A DNA stretch of 63,857 bases, the filler included, from Olpidium bornovanus S191 (taxonomy: Eukaryota; Fungi; Olpidiomycota), in assembly GCA_017911155.1 (NCBI GenBank). It is 30 parts of 30 records of this genome, joined end to end, with 100 filler letters (N's around TTAATTAATTAA, not from the genome) between each part and the next. Parts side by side here need not be neighbours in the genome. Positions count along the whole stretch, not along the records: positions 19,754 to 22,313 come from JAEFCI010010333.1; positions 22,414 to 24,430 come from JAEFCI010010480.1; positions 24,531 to 26,595 come from JAEFCI010009481.1; positions 26,696 to 27,934 come from JAEFCI010003234.1; positions 28,035 to 29,653 come from JAEFCI010008256.1; positions 29,754 to 30,960 come from JAEFCI010008448.1; 24 more parts are not named here. One strand, 5' to 3'. Numbering within the stretch: position 1 is the first letter of the stretch; every line of letters starts with the position of its first letter. Position numbers and translations under genes: made by a program. The notes under the pieces were generated by a model, which was given only the letters and a program-made list of their open reading frames with translations, did not search any database and was not told the DNA's origin. This document shows positions 19,754 through 31,060 of the stretch, in pieces.

Positions 19754-22175
19754 GATTTCATTACCGCTTACCTAAATTCCCCTTTGGACCGACCCATCTA
19801 CATCCAACAGATCAAAGGCTACGAAGAATTTCCTGATGACGACACAAAGGGCTACCTCCTCCGCAAAGCCCTGTACGGGCTGAAACAATCCGCGCGTTGT
19901 TGGAACGCTGATTTGGACACTACCCTCCGCCGACTCGGCTTCCACCCCATGCGCGCCAAACCATGCTTATACATTCTACGAGGCGTGCCCCTCTCGACAC
20001 ACGGGGGGGCACAGACTCAGACTGGCGCTGATAGTGATGCCGAGAAACCCGCACCTCCCGATGAGTCCGATGACAACTCTTCTTTTCCTGAATTTGAATT
20101 TTCTGAATTTCCTGAATTTGGATGCACCGATCCCGAACTCCCACCCTTTTCTACTATTTCCTTTTTACTTTGCACATGGGTCGACGACATTGTGCTCACG
20201 GGTCCCGCTCCCACCATTCTCAATTCCGTCACTCGCGCACTCCATGACAGGTTTCCTTTGTCAGACGGCGGAGCCCTCACACACATCCTCGGGATACAAG
20301 TGCTCCGCGACTGCAACACCAACGTCTTCCTTGCACAGCGGCAGTACATCGAGCACATCCTCAACAGGTTCAACCACACCAGCTGTCATGCCGATCCCCT
20401 TCCATTCGATCCATCCGCCATCTCCACCCTAACACAGCGGACAGATGTCGCCCCGCCAACCGAAAAAGCACGGTATGCCGAACTAATCGGTTCCCTTATT
20501 TACCTGTCCACACGCACCCGTCCGGACATTGCAACCGCAGTCGGCTTCCTAAGCCGCTTCACCGCCAATCCGTCCGCCGTGCATTGGAACGCGCTGAAGC
20601 GCATACTGCACTACCTTCTGTAGTGGACACTCTGTTATTCCCTCATTCCTCCGCTCAACGCATTGCCTTCCATCAATGTACCGTTCGACCTTGATGCTTT
20701 CCGTTCGATTTCGATACCTCTCGCTCGACCTCGAAGCCCTTCACTCGATCCAGATGCTCTTCGCCTGACTTCGATACCCACCGCTCGAGCTTGATGTACC
20801 GCCCACTTCTCCTTATTGTTCGGGCCCCCAATCGAGGGGGGCCCAAGTACGTAAAACCCCTGGTGTCCCCTCTTCTAATAAACACAAGAAACCTTCGCCG
20901 GACACACCACCCACAACACTTCGCGGCACGGCAGAATTTGGACTCTGTTTTCCGCGGGAGCAATTCACCGACACCGCACCACACATTTGCGCGTACGTTG
21001 ACAGCGACTGGGCCTCAGCTGTCAACGACAGAAAATCAATTTTTGGATACATCATCCAGTTAGGCGCCCGCAACACAGACACCGACCGTCCACAAATCCG
21101 CCCGCAACACAGACCCCGACCGCCCAAAATTCTCCTGCGCAGCTGTCATTTGGCGCAGCGGCAAGCAGCCGTGTATCGCGCAGTCTTCAGCAGAGGTGAT
21201 CGCGGCGTCAGAGGCCTGTCGGGAAATCTCGTGGTTCCGGCATATCAGCAAAGACATCCTCGGCGATCGCAGCCCAGTCCCACTTTACATCGACAACCAC
21301 GGCGCGATTGACATCGCAAAAGACACGCGCAGAATTAATAAACGCTCAAAGCATATGGACGTCAGGCATCTTTACGTTGGTGAAGTCGCATCAGATGAAA
21401 AAATCCTTCCAATCGCCATCGCGTCAAAAGACAACGTCGTCGATTTGTTCACTAAAGGTCTCCCGCGCCCCGACTTTGAGCGCCATCGACTCGCCATCGG
21501 GGTCACCCCCGCACCATACAACGAGACCACGTGAGGCTCCGTCGTCGACAAGGTTCCATCATGCGAGACACGAGCCGGTGCACCACCAAACTGTTCCCTT
21601 TCTTCTTTTCTCTCTTCCCCTTCCTCCTTTTTTTTGTCATACACGATACGAACCGGAAGTACCGCAGAAATTTCCGAAATTTCTTCTCCTCTTTCTTTTA
21701 CCACTGAATTCTATTCTCCTTTTTTTGCTTGAGACACTTTTTCTCCCTCCCTGTTCTTTGGACTCGGACTTGAGGTGGGGTGTTGGTACTCAAGCCCTCT
21801 TCCCGCTACCCTCCGAAAGTAGTTGCCACAACCCGAACAGAAAATAAATCAAACACATAACCAAACCACATTTTCGGCTACCGTCTCCTTTCTTCGCCCA
21901 CGCGTCACGCGTTGTGGTCACGCGTTTAATTTCCGCTCCGCAGCTTGGTTCCGCGACGGAATGAGTCGATATTTTAGCCCCTTCTCCTTCTCGACACGTC
22001 CCCCTCTCAGCTCCTATCCGCTCGGTCCTTTCCTTCCTCGCCTATTCTGCCACTGCTACTGGAAATTCTTCCACAACGGGTCCGCTACCTGCCATCCTAT
22101 GCTTTGTCTCATTGAGCGCCATGTAACCCCGCCCCCTCGACATTGAGAGGGTCTCAAGGCGTTTCAACCCCAACA
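19754..22175 (+). mobile_element. Ty1/copia element C, 3' half: RT, RNase H, 3' UTR, PPT (~21772-21780) and 3' LTR (21781-22175)
   Basis: DFITAYLN, LRKALYGLKQSARCW, WVDD, TRPDIATAVGFLSRF, YVDSDWA, RSKHMDVRH and DLFTKGL. GAGGTGGGG precedes TGTTGG..CCAACA, a perfect 6-bp terminal inverted repeat. Confidence 0.93.
20619..20918 (+). mobile_element. Solo LTR (300 bp) inserted into the RT of element C, with 4-bp TSD CTTC
   Basis: TGTAGTGG..CCACAACA (7/8 inverted repeat) flanked by CTTC at 20615-20618 and 20919-20922, with an internal AATAAA. Removing it restores ILHYLRGTAEFGLCF. Confidence 0.9.
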
Positions 22176-22413
22176 ACACGCGTCAAATTTGACGGCTTTC
22201 TCCCTATTGACATAGAAGAAGGGAAGTTTGGTACCGTCCAGATAACGAACTGCTGTTCGCACCACCGGTAAAAAGCTTTCTTTCAAAAGGCGCTCGGCAA
22301 ACTGTGCCCGAACNNNNNNNNNNNNNNNNNNNNNNNNNNNNNNNNNNNNNNNNNNNNTTAATTAATTAANNNNNNNNNNNNNNNNNNNNNNNNNNNNNNN
22401 NNNNNNNNNNNNN

Positions 22414-23640
22414 CCATGCGTCTTCTCCCACGAACGCCACACGTTTCGAACCACCAGAGACCGGTGATCCTCTTCTTTCCACCTTGCAGCAATTCGCCGG
22501 GCCAAGGTCCGAACAGGCGTTCGCACTCAATAAGGCTGGTAATGGAAAATGGTCACGGACAGGATTGTCAAGCTTGAAGTTCGCCGTCTTGTTCACGAAT
22601 CTGTGAGTCCAGACAAGGCACCGGGTGCCACAGCCTTCGTGGCTCGTGACGTCAAACACCAGATTCAGATTTGTGCGGGAGGGAGCCACCTCCTTGCATC
22701 CGATTGAGAACGCGGACGCCCTGCAGTTTCCGGAGTCGCGGCTATGGGCCCGAAGCGGCACGAAGGACGGCGGCCGTAATGATTTGGGGGATGCGACAAC
22801 GCGACGGCCACTTGCGGGAGTGCGGCGACTATTTCGTTTGACCTGGGGGACAGTACCAGTCACTGGAAACTGTTTTGACCTCCCTGCCAGATAATTTCTT
22901 TCGACTTTACCAGTGTCCCGGGGGTTCCCGTTTGTTTTGCCGGCCGGGACGGTTTGCGACGCGGCACTCGATGCGGCAGTCGTTGGACGGGTTAGCGCGG
23001 AGAGAGTCGAAGCAGAAGCAGCCCGAGACGACGGACGTAACGAGACGCTGGTGACCTGCATTGTCGGCAAGCAGTACGGCTGATTCTCGGAATCGGAGAC
23101 GTTCCCAATGCCAACAACGTCCAAGAGCTGCGTGCCGGGCCGAGCTGATCTTATAAAGCCGATTTCCGCACTATTACGTGAACCGGGCGGACGCCAACGT
23201 TCAGCGGACACGGGCCGCCTGGGCAGCGAAAGGTCCCGAAAGCCGTCGTACACGTCGGCGACGGTGTAGCTCTTGCTGTACAGGGAAGAAGGATGTGTTC
23301 CGAGTGCGCCATTCCGTCCGACGCCAGCGTTGCTTCCCCTGGCAGATGCCGCCCTTCTTTGACCCCCCGTGCCTGCGATGGCGTGGCCCGACCGTGAGTG
23401 CGGGCGGTCGGCTGTATGAGGCCTTCGCTGGCTACCAAGGAAGTTGTGCACCCGGGCGATCCCGCCCGGCTTGCCCTCTGCGATCTTCACGTCTCCGACG
23501 GAGGCAAGGCTGTGGGCACTGAAATTGCTACCCCGAGCATTGTTCGCGCACGAAGCGTTTTGGAGCAGCATCTGAGATCTGCTCCGTGAATTGTCATCCG
23601 TGCTGGACGAAAGGTCCACGCCGTCGACACCGTAGGCCAT
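22414..23640 (-). CDS. Hypothetical disordered S/R/P-rich protein; 3' partial
   Basis: ORF of more than 400 codons (MAYGVDGVDL..) with RPHTA, RPVSA and RPTTA motifs; no domain recognised. Confidence 0.45.
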
Positions 23641-24989
23641 AAATGCTGTTTGCCCGAGGGAACGGCGGTGGAAACTCCGTGCACAAGCAGCAGCTGGAGA
23701 GAAAGGCAGTGTTGCCGAGGGTTCGTTCACAAAAGGAGGAGGTGTGGAGGAAGAGGGAAGGCAGGCATATTGGGGCGGCTCGCCTCGCCTTGAGGTCGGC
23801 TGCGATGTTTCTTTCGCGTTGCGGACTGGCAACGCGTCCGTAGCTGAGTCGTCGGCCAGTCCGCATTACTCCCGGCCGGCATGCTGCCCCACCGCTCTTT
23901 GCGACACCTCCGAATCCAATGCTTTCGCTTGTAGACCGGCGTCCCGGACATGGTCCCCCTTTAGAAGAGACGGGAATCACGTCCGTGGGGGGGGGTGGGC
24001 GGTGGGGTGCGTCCGCACGCCACAGCCCGAATTTTTTCTGAAACAGCCCTTCCCTCGGATAAGTTATCCACCTCACAAGTTAAATCCTGGGACAAGTTAA
24101 CATCTGCGGCCACCGGCCGCGTCCTGTGGTGTCTAGGCACCCATGGTAATTCTCTCCCTCATCGCGCCGCAACTCCCTGTCCTTGTGAGGGGTGGGAGGA
24201 GCCAACGGTGCGGCCGTCGCAGGGAGGTTATAGGATTCTGCCTATCTACCCTGATCCTCTCCGCGGTCCCAAACGAGAGGTCCTCACACTTCTTCCCAAA
24301 TGGAGGGGCCATGGGCGATTCCGACCACAGATCCTAATCCCTCAAGCGATGGAGTGTTATACATATCGTAGGATGCAATCTACGGTCACGTGAACAAATC
24401 TGCTTAATGGGGCGTTGCATCCGTCGCTGCNNNNNNNNNNNNNNNNNNNNNNNNNNNNNNNNNNNNNNNNNNNNTTAATTAATTAANNNNNNNNNNNNNN
24501 NNNNNNNNNNNNNNNNNNNNNNNNNNNNNNCCCCCCCTTCCTCCCCCTTTCACCCTTCACCCCGCCCAACCCAAAAAAGAACGCTGATCGCAGAGATAAC
24601 AGCCTGCCCCCGTGCGGCCACCAACGGGAAACAATAAAAAAAAAATGAAAACAAAAAAAAACAAAAATAAACGCCAGCCGTATCCCGTAGTTCTCCCCCC
24701 GGTTTAGTAGCTTATACGTATCTTTCGAAAATACATACCCGTTATCAAAGGGACTTTAAGGGGTCTTTTATCGTCAACGCCGTCCCGGGCGTGCGTTGCT
24801 GCGTCCCCGAGTCGCATGAAACTGGACTGAGCAAAGTAACCCCCCCGCACGGCCCCAAGCACAGATAATGCAAATCGGGGGACGGCCCAAAACATTGATA
24901 GACACGCAACATCGGCAGAGAAGGGAGAACACTAAAAAGAAAAACCACGATCGCGGCTTCATTTATTCCCGGAATCTCGGTGGTGTGGT

Positions 24990-25240
24990 TTAGACACTGC
25001 CTGACGGCGGCCCCGCGGTTTCCTCAAAACACATCGACATCTCATCGTAGATCTGGAAAACCGTCGGCGTGATCTTCGTTCCGGGCTGGCTGCCGTTGAA
25101 AAAGGAAAAAAAATGTGCGGTGAGGGAGGAGGCCGCCCGCCGAACGCCACCCATCATAGACCCCGACATGCTTATGTACTGATACCGCACAAACCCGATC
25201 TGCTTTTTCCTGCCTTCGACGTCGCGCATTGCGCCGCTCT
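24990..25240 (-). CDS. Hypothetical protein, terminal exons
   Basis: Spliceable as SGAMRDVEGRKKQIGFVR|QPGTKITPTVFQIYDEMSMCFEETAGPPSGSV*; no family assigned. Confidence 0.3.
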
Positions 25241-25495
25241 AACACTGTGTGCCAATTAGTTCTATGCATTGTGTGCGGTCGCTTCCGTGTGTCCACGGCT
25301 GTGTACAGTACGCGGCCGGGTGTGGCGCGTGCGAAGTGCCCTGGCACCGCCAGAGTTGCAGGTTGGCACAACTCCTCCCGCGTTTTCGATGTTTGCGCCG
25401 CGCGGCGGACGCGGAAATGACGCGGCGGAAACTCGCCCGTGACCAATCCCGTTCGGAGGGAAAATAAAAAAAATGACGCTAAACGTCTTCCGGAG

Positions 25496-26453
25496 TCACT
25501 TCAGCACCACGGCGGCGTTCCGAAGCAGCAGGTGCTCCTGCACCACGTTCTGGTTGAGGCCGCGTATGTGTTGGTAGACATCAAGGTTGTGGTACCGAAG
25601 CCGGGTCTTAGGGTCTGTGTACCTCCCCTGAAGGCGACGGAGAGGCGCTTAGCGGTGAGGAAAAAGCCCGACCGGACGAATAAAATGCTTTCTTTCGCGA
25701 ATAAGTAGCCGCGGGATCCCCCTTCCCCCCCCCCTCCCCGTCTCGCCGAAACTCGCGCACGCACACACACCTCGAGCCCGGTGATGTCGCAGTACCTTTT
25801 TTGGGGTCTCAACGAAGGGGGGGCCGAAATGCTAGTGTCTTGTAAATAAAAGAAACATTCAACGGCCAAACCGACGGCACAAAAGCGGGTCGCGTGTAAT
25901 AATTTCAACGAGAGAGTGTGAGTAGCGGGGGAGAAAAAACGGACCACAGCAACACCTCCCCCCTACTTCATCCTCCGCCTTCCCCGCAAGCTTTCGAGGG
26001 ACTCACGCGTCGGCACGTCGACGTTAACGGCGGCCTTTTCCGACGCAAGGAGCTGTTTGAGATTCTTGTGCTTTTTCGAAGCGCTGTACTTCAGAGTCTT
26101 GAACGGCTTCGGCACGTGCAACAGGTTCCGAATGACCGGCGGAATATGGTGGTGCGGCTCCCGCTCGGTTCCAGGCGCCCAGTCTTCCGCCTTAAATCCA
26201 ATGTTGGAAGAGGGGGTGTGGTGTGGGTGACTAAAGATATAAATCTCAAACAATCGGGAATCCACCACGCGGGCTGGGGGGTTGCAGGGTCATCTAAGCG
26301 GAACAAAGGGCCCAGGACTTAACTCCCGCCCACTTCACCCGCTGGATTACCTTGCGCTTTTGCGCGGGACCGGCGTGGGCCCGCTCTGTCCCGGCCGAGC
26401 TCACGCTCACCGCTGAGCCGCGCGAGCTTGACTTGCGGGCCTTTTTAAGCACC
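25496..26453 (-). CDS. IES6: INO80 complex subunit Ies6 (YL1 C-terminal domain); 5' partial
   Basis: PKPFKTLKYSASKKHKNLKQLL, TSISAPPSLRPQKRYCDITGL and YTDPKTRLRYHNLDVYQHIR..LLRNAAVVLK*. Confidence 0.93.
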
Positions 26454-26559
26454 CTGCGCAAAACGGAACAAAATTTACGGGATGAATACGAGGATGCTCA
26501 GGCGGAGGGGGGCGTGTGGGGGAAGGAAAGAAGCAGTTATCGTCCGACGGTTACATTTT

Positions 26560-26592
<33 letters not shown>

Positions 26593-26695
26593 CCCNNNNN
26601 NNNNNNNNNNNNNNNNNNNNNNNNNNNNNNNNNNNNNNNTTAATTAATTAANNNNNNNNNNNNNNNNNNNNNNNNNNNNNNNNNNNNNNNNNNNN

Positions 26696-27010
26696 CAGAA
26701 AAGTAAAGAAACCAAAACGGAAACGAAACGGAAAAAAAAGAAAGGGAAAAAAGAAACCAAAACGAAACAAAAAGTGAAAAAAGTAAAGGAACCAAAACGA
26801 AAACGAAACGGAAAAAAAAATAAGGGAAAAAAAAAACGAAACAAAAACTAAAAAAGGTAAAGGAACCAAAACGAAACAAAAACTAAAAAAGGTAAAGGAA
26901 CCAAAACGAAACAAAAAAAAAGATAAATAACGAAAAAAAGAAAAAAGTAAAATGGAGAACGGAATAAAAAGGAAAAAAAGAAAAGAGAAGAAAAAGGAAA
27001 AGAAATAAAG
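26696..27010. repeat. A-rich minisatellite with ~35-nt unit AAAAAAGGTAAAGGAACCAAAACGAAACAAAAACT
   Basis: Two exact adjacent copies of the core plus several degenerate copies, downstream of the I9 exon (probably intronic). Confidence 0.8.
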
Positions 27011-27134
27011 AAAACCGGCTGGTTGTCTTTCTGTTTGTAATTTGGAGGTCGCAAGTCTCGCCCCCGGTTTTTTTTTTTCTGTCTGGCGGGTCAAACACTC
27101 ACGTCGCGGAGGCTCGCCTGCACGGCGACGGAAC

Positions 27135-27664
27135 ATTCTGCGGGCAGCGACACGATGAAGACCAAGCCGTGCAGTATGGGCGTGACCGAGCCGTCTTTCC
27201 CGACCTCTTTCTTAAGTCCCGCCGACACCTCCGTGATCTCCTTCTCGCTGGCGTCTTTCTTCAACGTGACGAAGAAAGTCCGACCGCCTGTGCTCGCAAT
27301 TTTTTTTTTTTTTTTTTTTTGTGGAACGCCCGGAGGGGGCGGGCGGGGCGTTACAGGTCGTCGTCGGCGGAGGAGCTCTGGGGAGAGGCGAGGGGTGGTG
27401 GTTCTCGGGCAGGCCCGAGCGACGGCGCGGCACACCCGGACCGGGGCGGCGTTCCTCGGACGGACGCTCACCGGCGCCGATCGGCATCTGCTGCCGGTCG
27501 GGAAGAGGAGACGAGGCGCAGGCGGCGGGGTCCGGGGCGAGCAGGAGAAGCAGACTGAGGAGCAGGGCGGCGAGGCGGGCAAGAGAGGTCCGGCGGGGGG
27601 AAGGCGAGAGCAGCGGCGGCTGCGCGACGGGGGACGGCGAAGAAGCTGCGGCCGGCACGATCAT
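27135..27664 (-). CDS. Secreted protein with peptidase inhibitor I9 (subtilisin propeptide-like) domain; 3' partial
   Basis: Signal peptide LARLAALLLSLLLLLAPDPAACA; the next exon reads GRTFFVTLKKDASEKEITEVSAGLKKEVGKDGSVTPILHGLVFIVSLP. Confidence 0.6.
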
Positions 27665-27862
27665 GTTTTGACTCCCTCTCCCGCCCTCCCTCCCGCCGTC
27701 CTCTCTCCCGGTCCGCCGCCGCGTTGTGAAAAGCCGGGGGGGGGAGGGGGTTGTGCGCTGGGCGCGTTTCGTTTGGCGCAGAGGTTCGTTCGTTTACGGG
27801 CGCGCGGTCGACCGGAGAAACGAGGACGGGCAAAGAGAGGCACAGAGTGGAGGAGGCACAAA

Positions 27863-27894
<32 letters not shown>

Positions 27895-28034
27895 CCCTCC
27901 CCCCCCCCCCCCCCCACCCGCGGCCCCCTTTACANNNNNNNNNNNNNNNNNNNNNNNNNNNNNNNNNNNNNNNNNNNNTTAATTAATTAANNNNNNNNNN
28001 NNNNNNNNNNNNNNNNNNNNNNNNNNNNNNNNNN

Positions 28035-28116
<82 letters not shown>

Positions 28117-28249
28117 TTCCCTTTGTCGACCCCGTGAGGGTGGCGCTCTTCCCCCCCGGAACCCTCTCGCGCTCCCCGCCCGCACAACTTCTCCGCCCGC
28201 CATTCCGCGGCAGCGCGCGCGCGCGCGCCCCCGCCCCGCGTCTCCAGCC

Positions 28250-29653
28250 ATGACGCCGGAGGATCTCGTCTCGCGGTGGGGCCCTGTTGCCAAGATGGTG
28301 CTCAGGCCCGGCCCCTTCACCGGCCCGGCGCGGCCCTCGGCAGCAGAGGTGAGCAGAGGAAAAGGCGGGGTGGGGGGGGTTGACGTCCGCGCTTCCGCCG
28401 GAATCCTTCCCTCCTCTTCCCTCCTCAGCAAGTGCGCAGGACCCCTCCTGCGGCGCGGCGGGCAACACCACCTAACTATCCGGACCGGCCGGGCCCCCCG
28501 CCTTACCGGGCGGGGCGCGGGTGTTCCAGTTCGCCGGTTTTCTGAACGAGTGCAAAGTACTCGTCGTAGGGGCCGGCGGTCTCGGCTGCGAGATCCTGAA
28601 GAACCTCGCGCTCACCGGCTTCCGGCGGCTGCACGTCATCGACATGGACACCATAGACGTCAGCAACCTTAACCGGCAGTTTCTGTTCCGGTGCGGAAAA
28701 AAGGCTTTTGCGGCTTCGGAAGTCGAGCGACAAAAAAAAAAAAAAAACGGCTGTTTTGGCGGTCAGAGAAGTCACTCGGGGGTGGAGGGGAAAAGAAGAT
28801 GCGGAGCGGCGGGTCTAACTCGAAGAATTCCCGCCGGCTTTTTTTTTCTTTGCCGTGGACCACCTTCCCGCTCGTGCGTCGTCACACAGTCTCGAGGACG
28901 TGGGGCGGCCGAAAGCCGTGGTCGCCGCCGAATTCGTCAACAGGCGCGTGAAGGGCGCGCAAGTAGTGCCGCACTACGCGAAAATCCAAGACAAGGACGA
29001 GGATTTCTACCACGGCTTTGACATGATCGTGTGCGGGCTGGATTCCGTGGAGGCGCGCAGGTGGATCAACGCGACGCTGGTCAACTTGGCCGACCCCGGC
29101 GACCCGTCCAGCACGAAGCCGCTGGTGGACGGGGGCACGGAAGGTTTCGACTATTTCTTTTTTTTTTTCCAAAAGCCCAAGTTGACTGCGTGCAAGTGGT
29201 GCGGAGCCGCCTGACTCGGTTATTGATCGCGCAAAAAAAAAAAAAAAAAAAAAAAAAAGGATTCAAGGGTCAGACGCGCGTCATCGTTCCGGGTGAGACG
29301 TCCTGCTACGAGTGCTCGTTGGACATGCTCGGCAAGCCCACGACGTACCCGCTCTGCACGATCGCGCACACGCCCCGGCTGCCCGAGCACTGCATCGAGT
29401 GGGCCAGCGTGCTCGAATGGCCTCGGGTGTTCAACGGTCAGTGTTTTTTTCCTTTTTTTTTGTACTTCCGGCGGTCAGGTTTTCGCGACCTTGCCGTCTT
29501 AGTTGGCGTCTGCCCCGCAGAGAGTAACTCATCATGCGGGCGTCCCGGAAAGTAGACAAGAAGCTGGACGCGGATAACCCGGAACACCTCAGCTGGCTGT
29601 ACGAGACTGCGTTGTCGAGAGCCCGGCACTTCAAGATCGAAGGGGTGACGTAC
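28250..29653 (+). CDS. UBA3: NEDD8-activating enzyme E1 catalytic subunit; 3' partial
   Basis: [55 protein letters not shown]|GFKG and [19 protein letters not shown] (catalytic Cys). Confidence 0.97.
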
Positions 29654-29753
29654 NNNNNNNNNNNNNNNNNNNNNNNNNNNNNNNNNNNNNNNNNNNNTTA
29701 ATTAATTAANNNNNNNNNNNNNNNNNNNNNNNNNNNNNNNNNNNNNNNNNNNN

Positions 29754-30818
29754 CTTCATGCTCGCTCGTATAGCGGCAGCGAACTTTTCCACCTCGGGCG
29801 ATATGTTTTGCAACCGGATAGTGTTCCGTCGGGCGATAACCACGAGAGGAAAGATTGCCGCCCGCATGGCGAGTGTGGTCACGACAATGACGCACCAAAA
29901 GGGCAGACCAGTGTACACGTAAACAGCCTCCATCGCTCGCTCTACCAGGCCTGCGGGGGTCCAGCCACCTAGGCCCATCTCGGAGATGTCCCCGATTTTG
30001 TTAAGCACGTTCGGGCCAGCGTCCGACGCGAGGTCGGCAACGGCCGCGACCTCTTCTTCGGTGGCCACGCCCGCTCCCTCGGGCGCCAGAAAGGATTCCG
30101 CGGACACCTGTTCCAGAGCGAAATCATCGCGAACGGAAAGATCCGCGGCAGGATCTGCCGACACCGCGGAAGCCACGCCGAAAGACCGGAACGCCGCGGC
30201 GTCTAAGAACGCCGGCCGGCGCACGGGGGCGTCGCAGCTGACAGGCAGGCCGCTCCGCCGCTGCCGCCGTTCCGCTGTGGGGATGAGTCGCTGGAGGCTG
30301 TGGAAGTTTCCCGTGCTTCGCGACGGCGGAAAACAGCGCCTTTCGGGCGCAAGTCAGGGGAGGTCTCGTCGTCAGCACCGCCGTCGGTTCGGGACCTTCT
30401 GCGCGACCTGGGCAAACGGGGCGAGGGCGGCGGTTTTAAGGCGTACCCACCCCAATACGCCTACCCACGCCACGGAGGCGCGCAGCGGCGACCGTTGGGC
30501 GCGGGAAGCGCGCAACGAGCGAACTGTTCCAGGTGGTATGGTGCAGGCGATCGTTTTTCTTTGTTTTTTTCGTTTTTTTTTTTCGTTTTTTTTCGTTTTT
30601 TTTTTTTTTTTTGTTTCGGGAAGGTGGCGTCAGAGAACTTCAAGTTGGGCCACGCGGGAAACGCAGCAGGGAACCGCGCCTTTCGAGAGAGGCGGATGAC
30701 GTGCGCGGCGTGGGCGGGACTGCAACCCCGGGGGTGCGGAGGCAAGAGCACAAAGAGGTTTTTTTTTTTTTGCTTACGCCAACGCCGCCGCTGCGCGGGC
30801 TCCTGCTTCCGACGCCAT
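29754..30818 (-). CDS. OXA1: Mitochondrial inner-membrane insertase Oxa1 (YidC family); 3' partial
   Basis: Presequence-like exons (MASEAGARAAAAL..), then GLGGWTPAGLVERAMEAVYVYTGLPFWCVIVVTTLAMRAAIFPL..NISPE. Confidence 0.9.
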
Positions 30819-31060
30819 TCGCGCGTTATTTTAGGTTTCTGGGTGGGCGGGGTGCCCGGGGGGGAAGACGGGGGGGGGGGGGGGGGGGAGGAGGAAGAAG
30901 GAGGAGGGGGCGTGCTCTGAACGGGGCATAATCGTTTTGGCGGTGAAGGGTTTATCGCAANNNNNNNNNNNNNNNNNNNNNNNNNNNNNNNNNNNNNNNN
31001 NNNNTTAATTAATTAANNNNNNNNNNNNNNNNNNNNNNNNNNNNNNNNNNNNNNNNNNNN

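Noticed and set aside
20168-20190. WVDD as a novel RT active site
   Set aside because: From recall, Trp at this position is common in fungal copia RTs.
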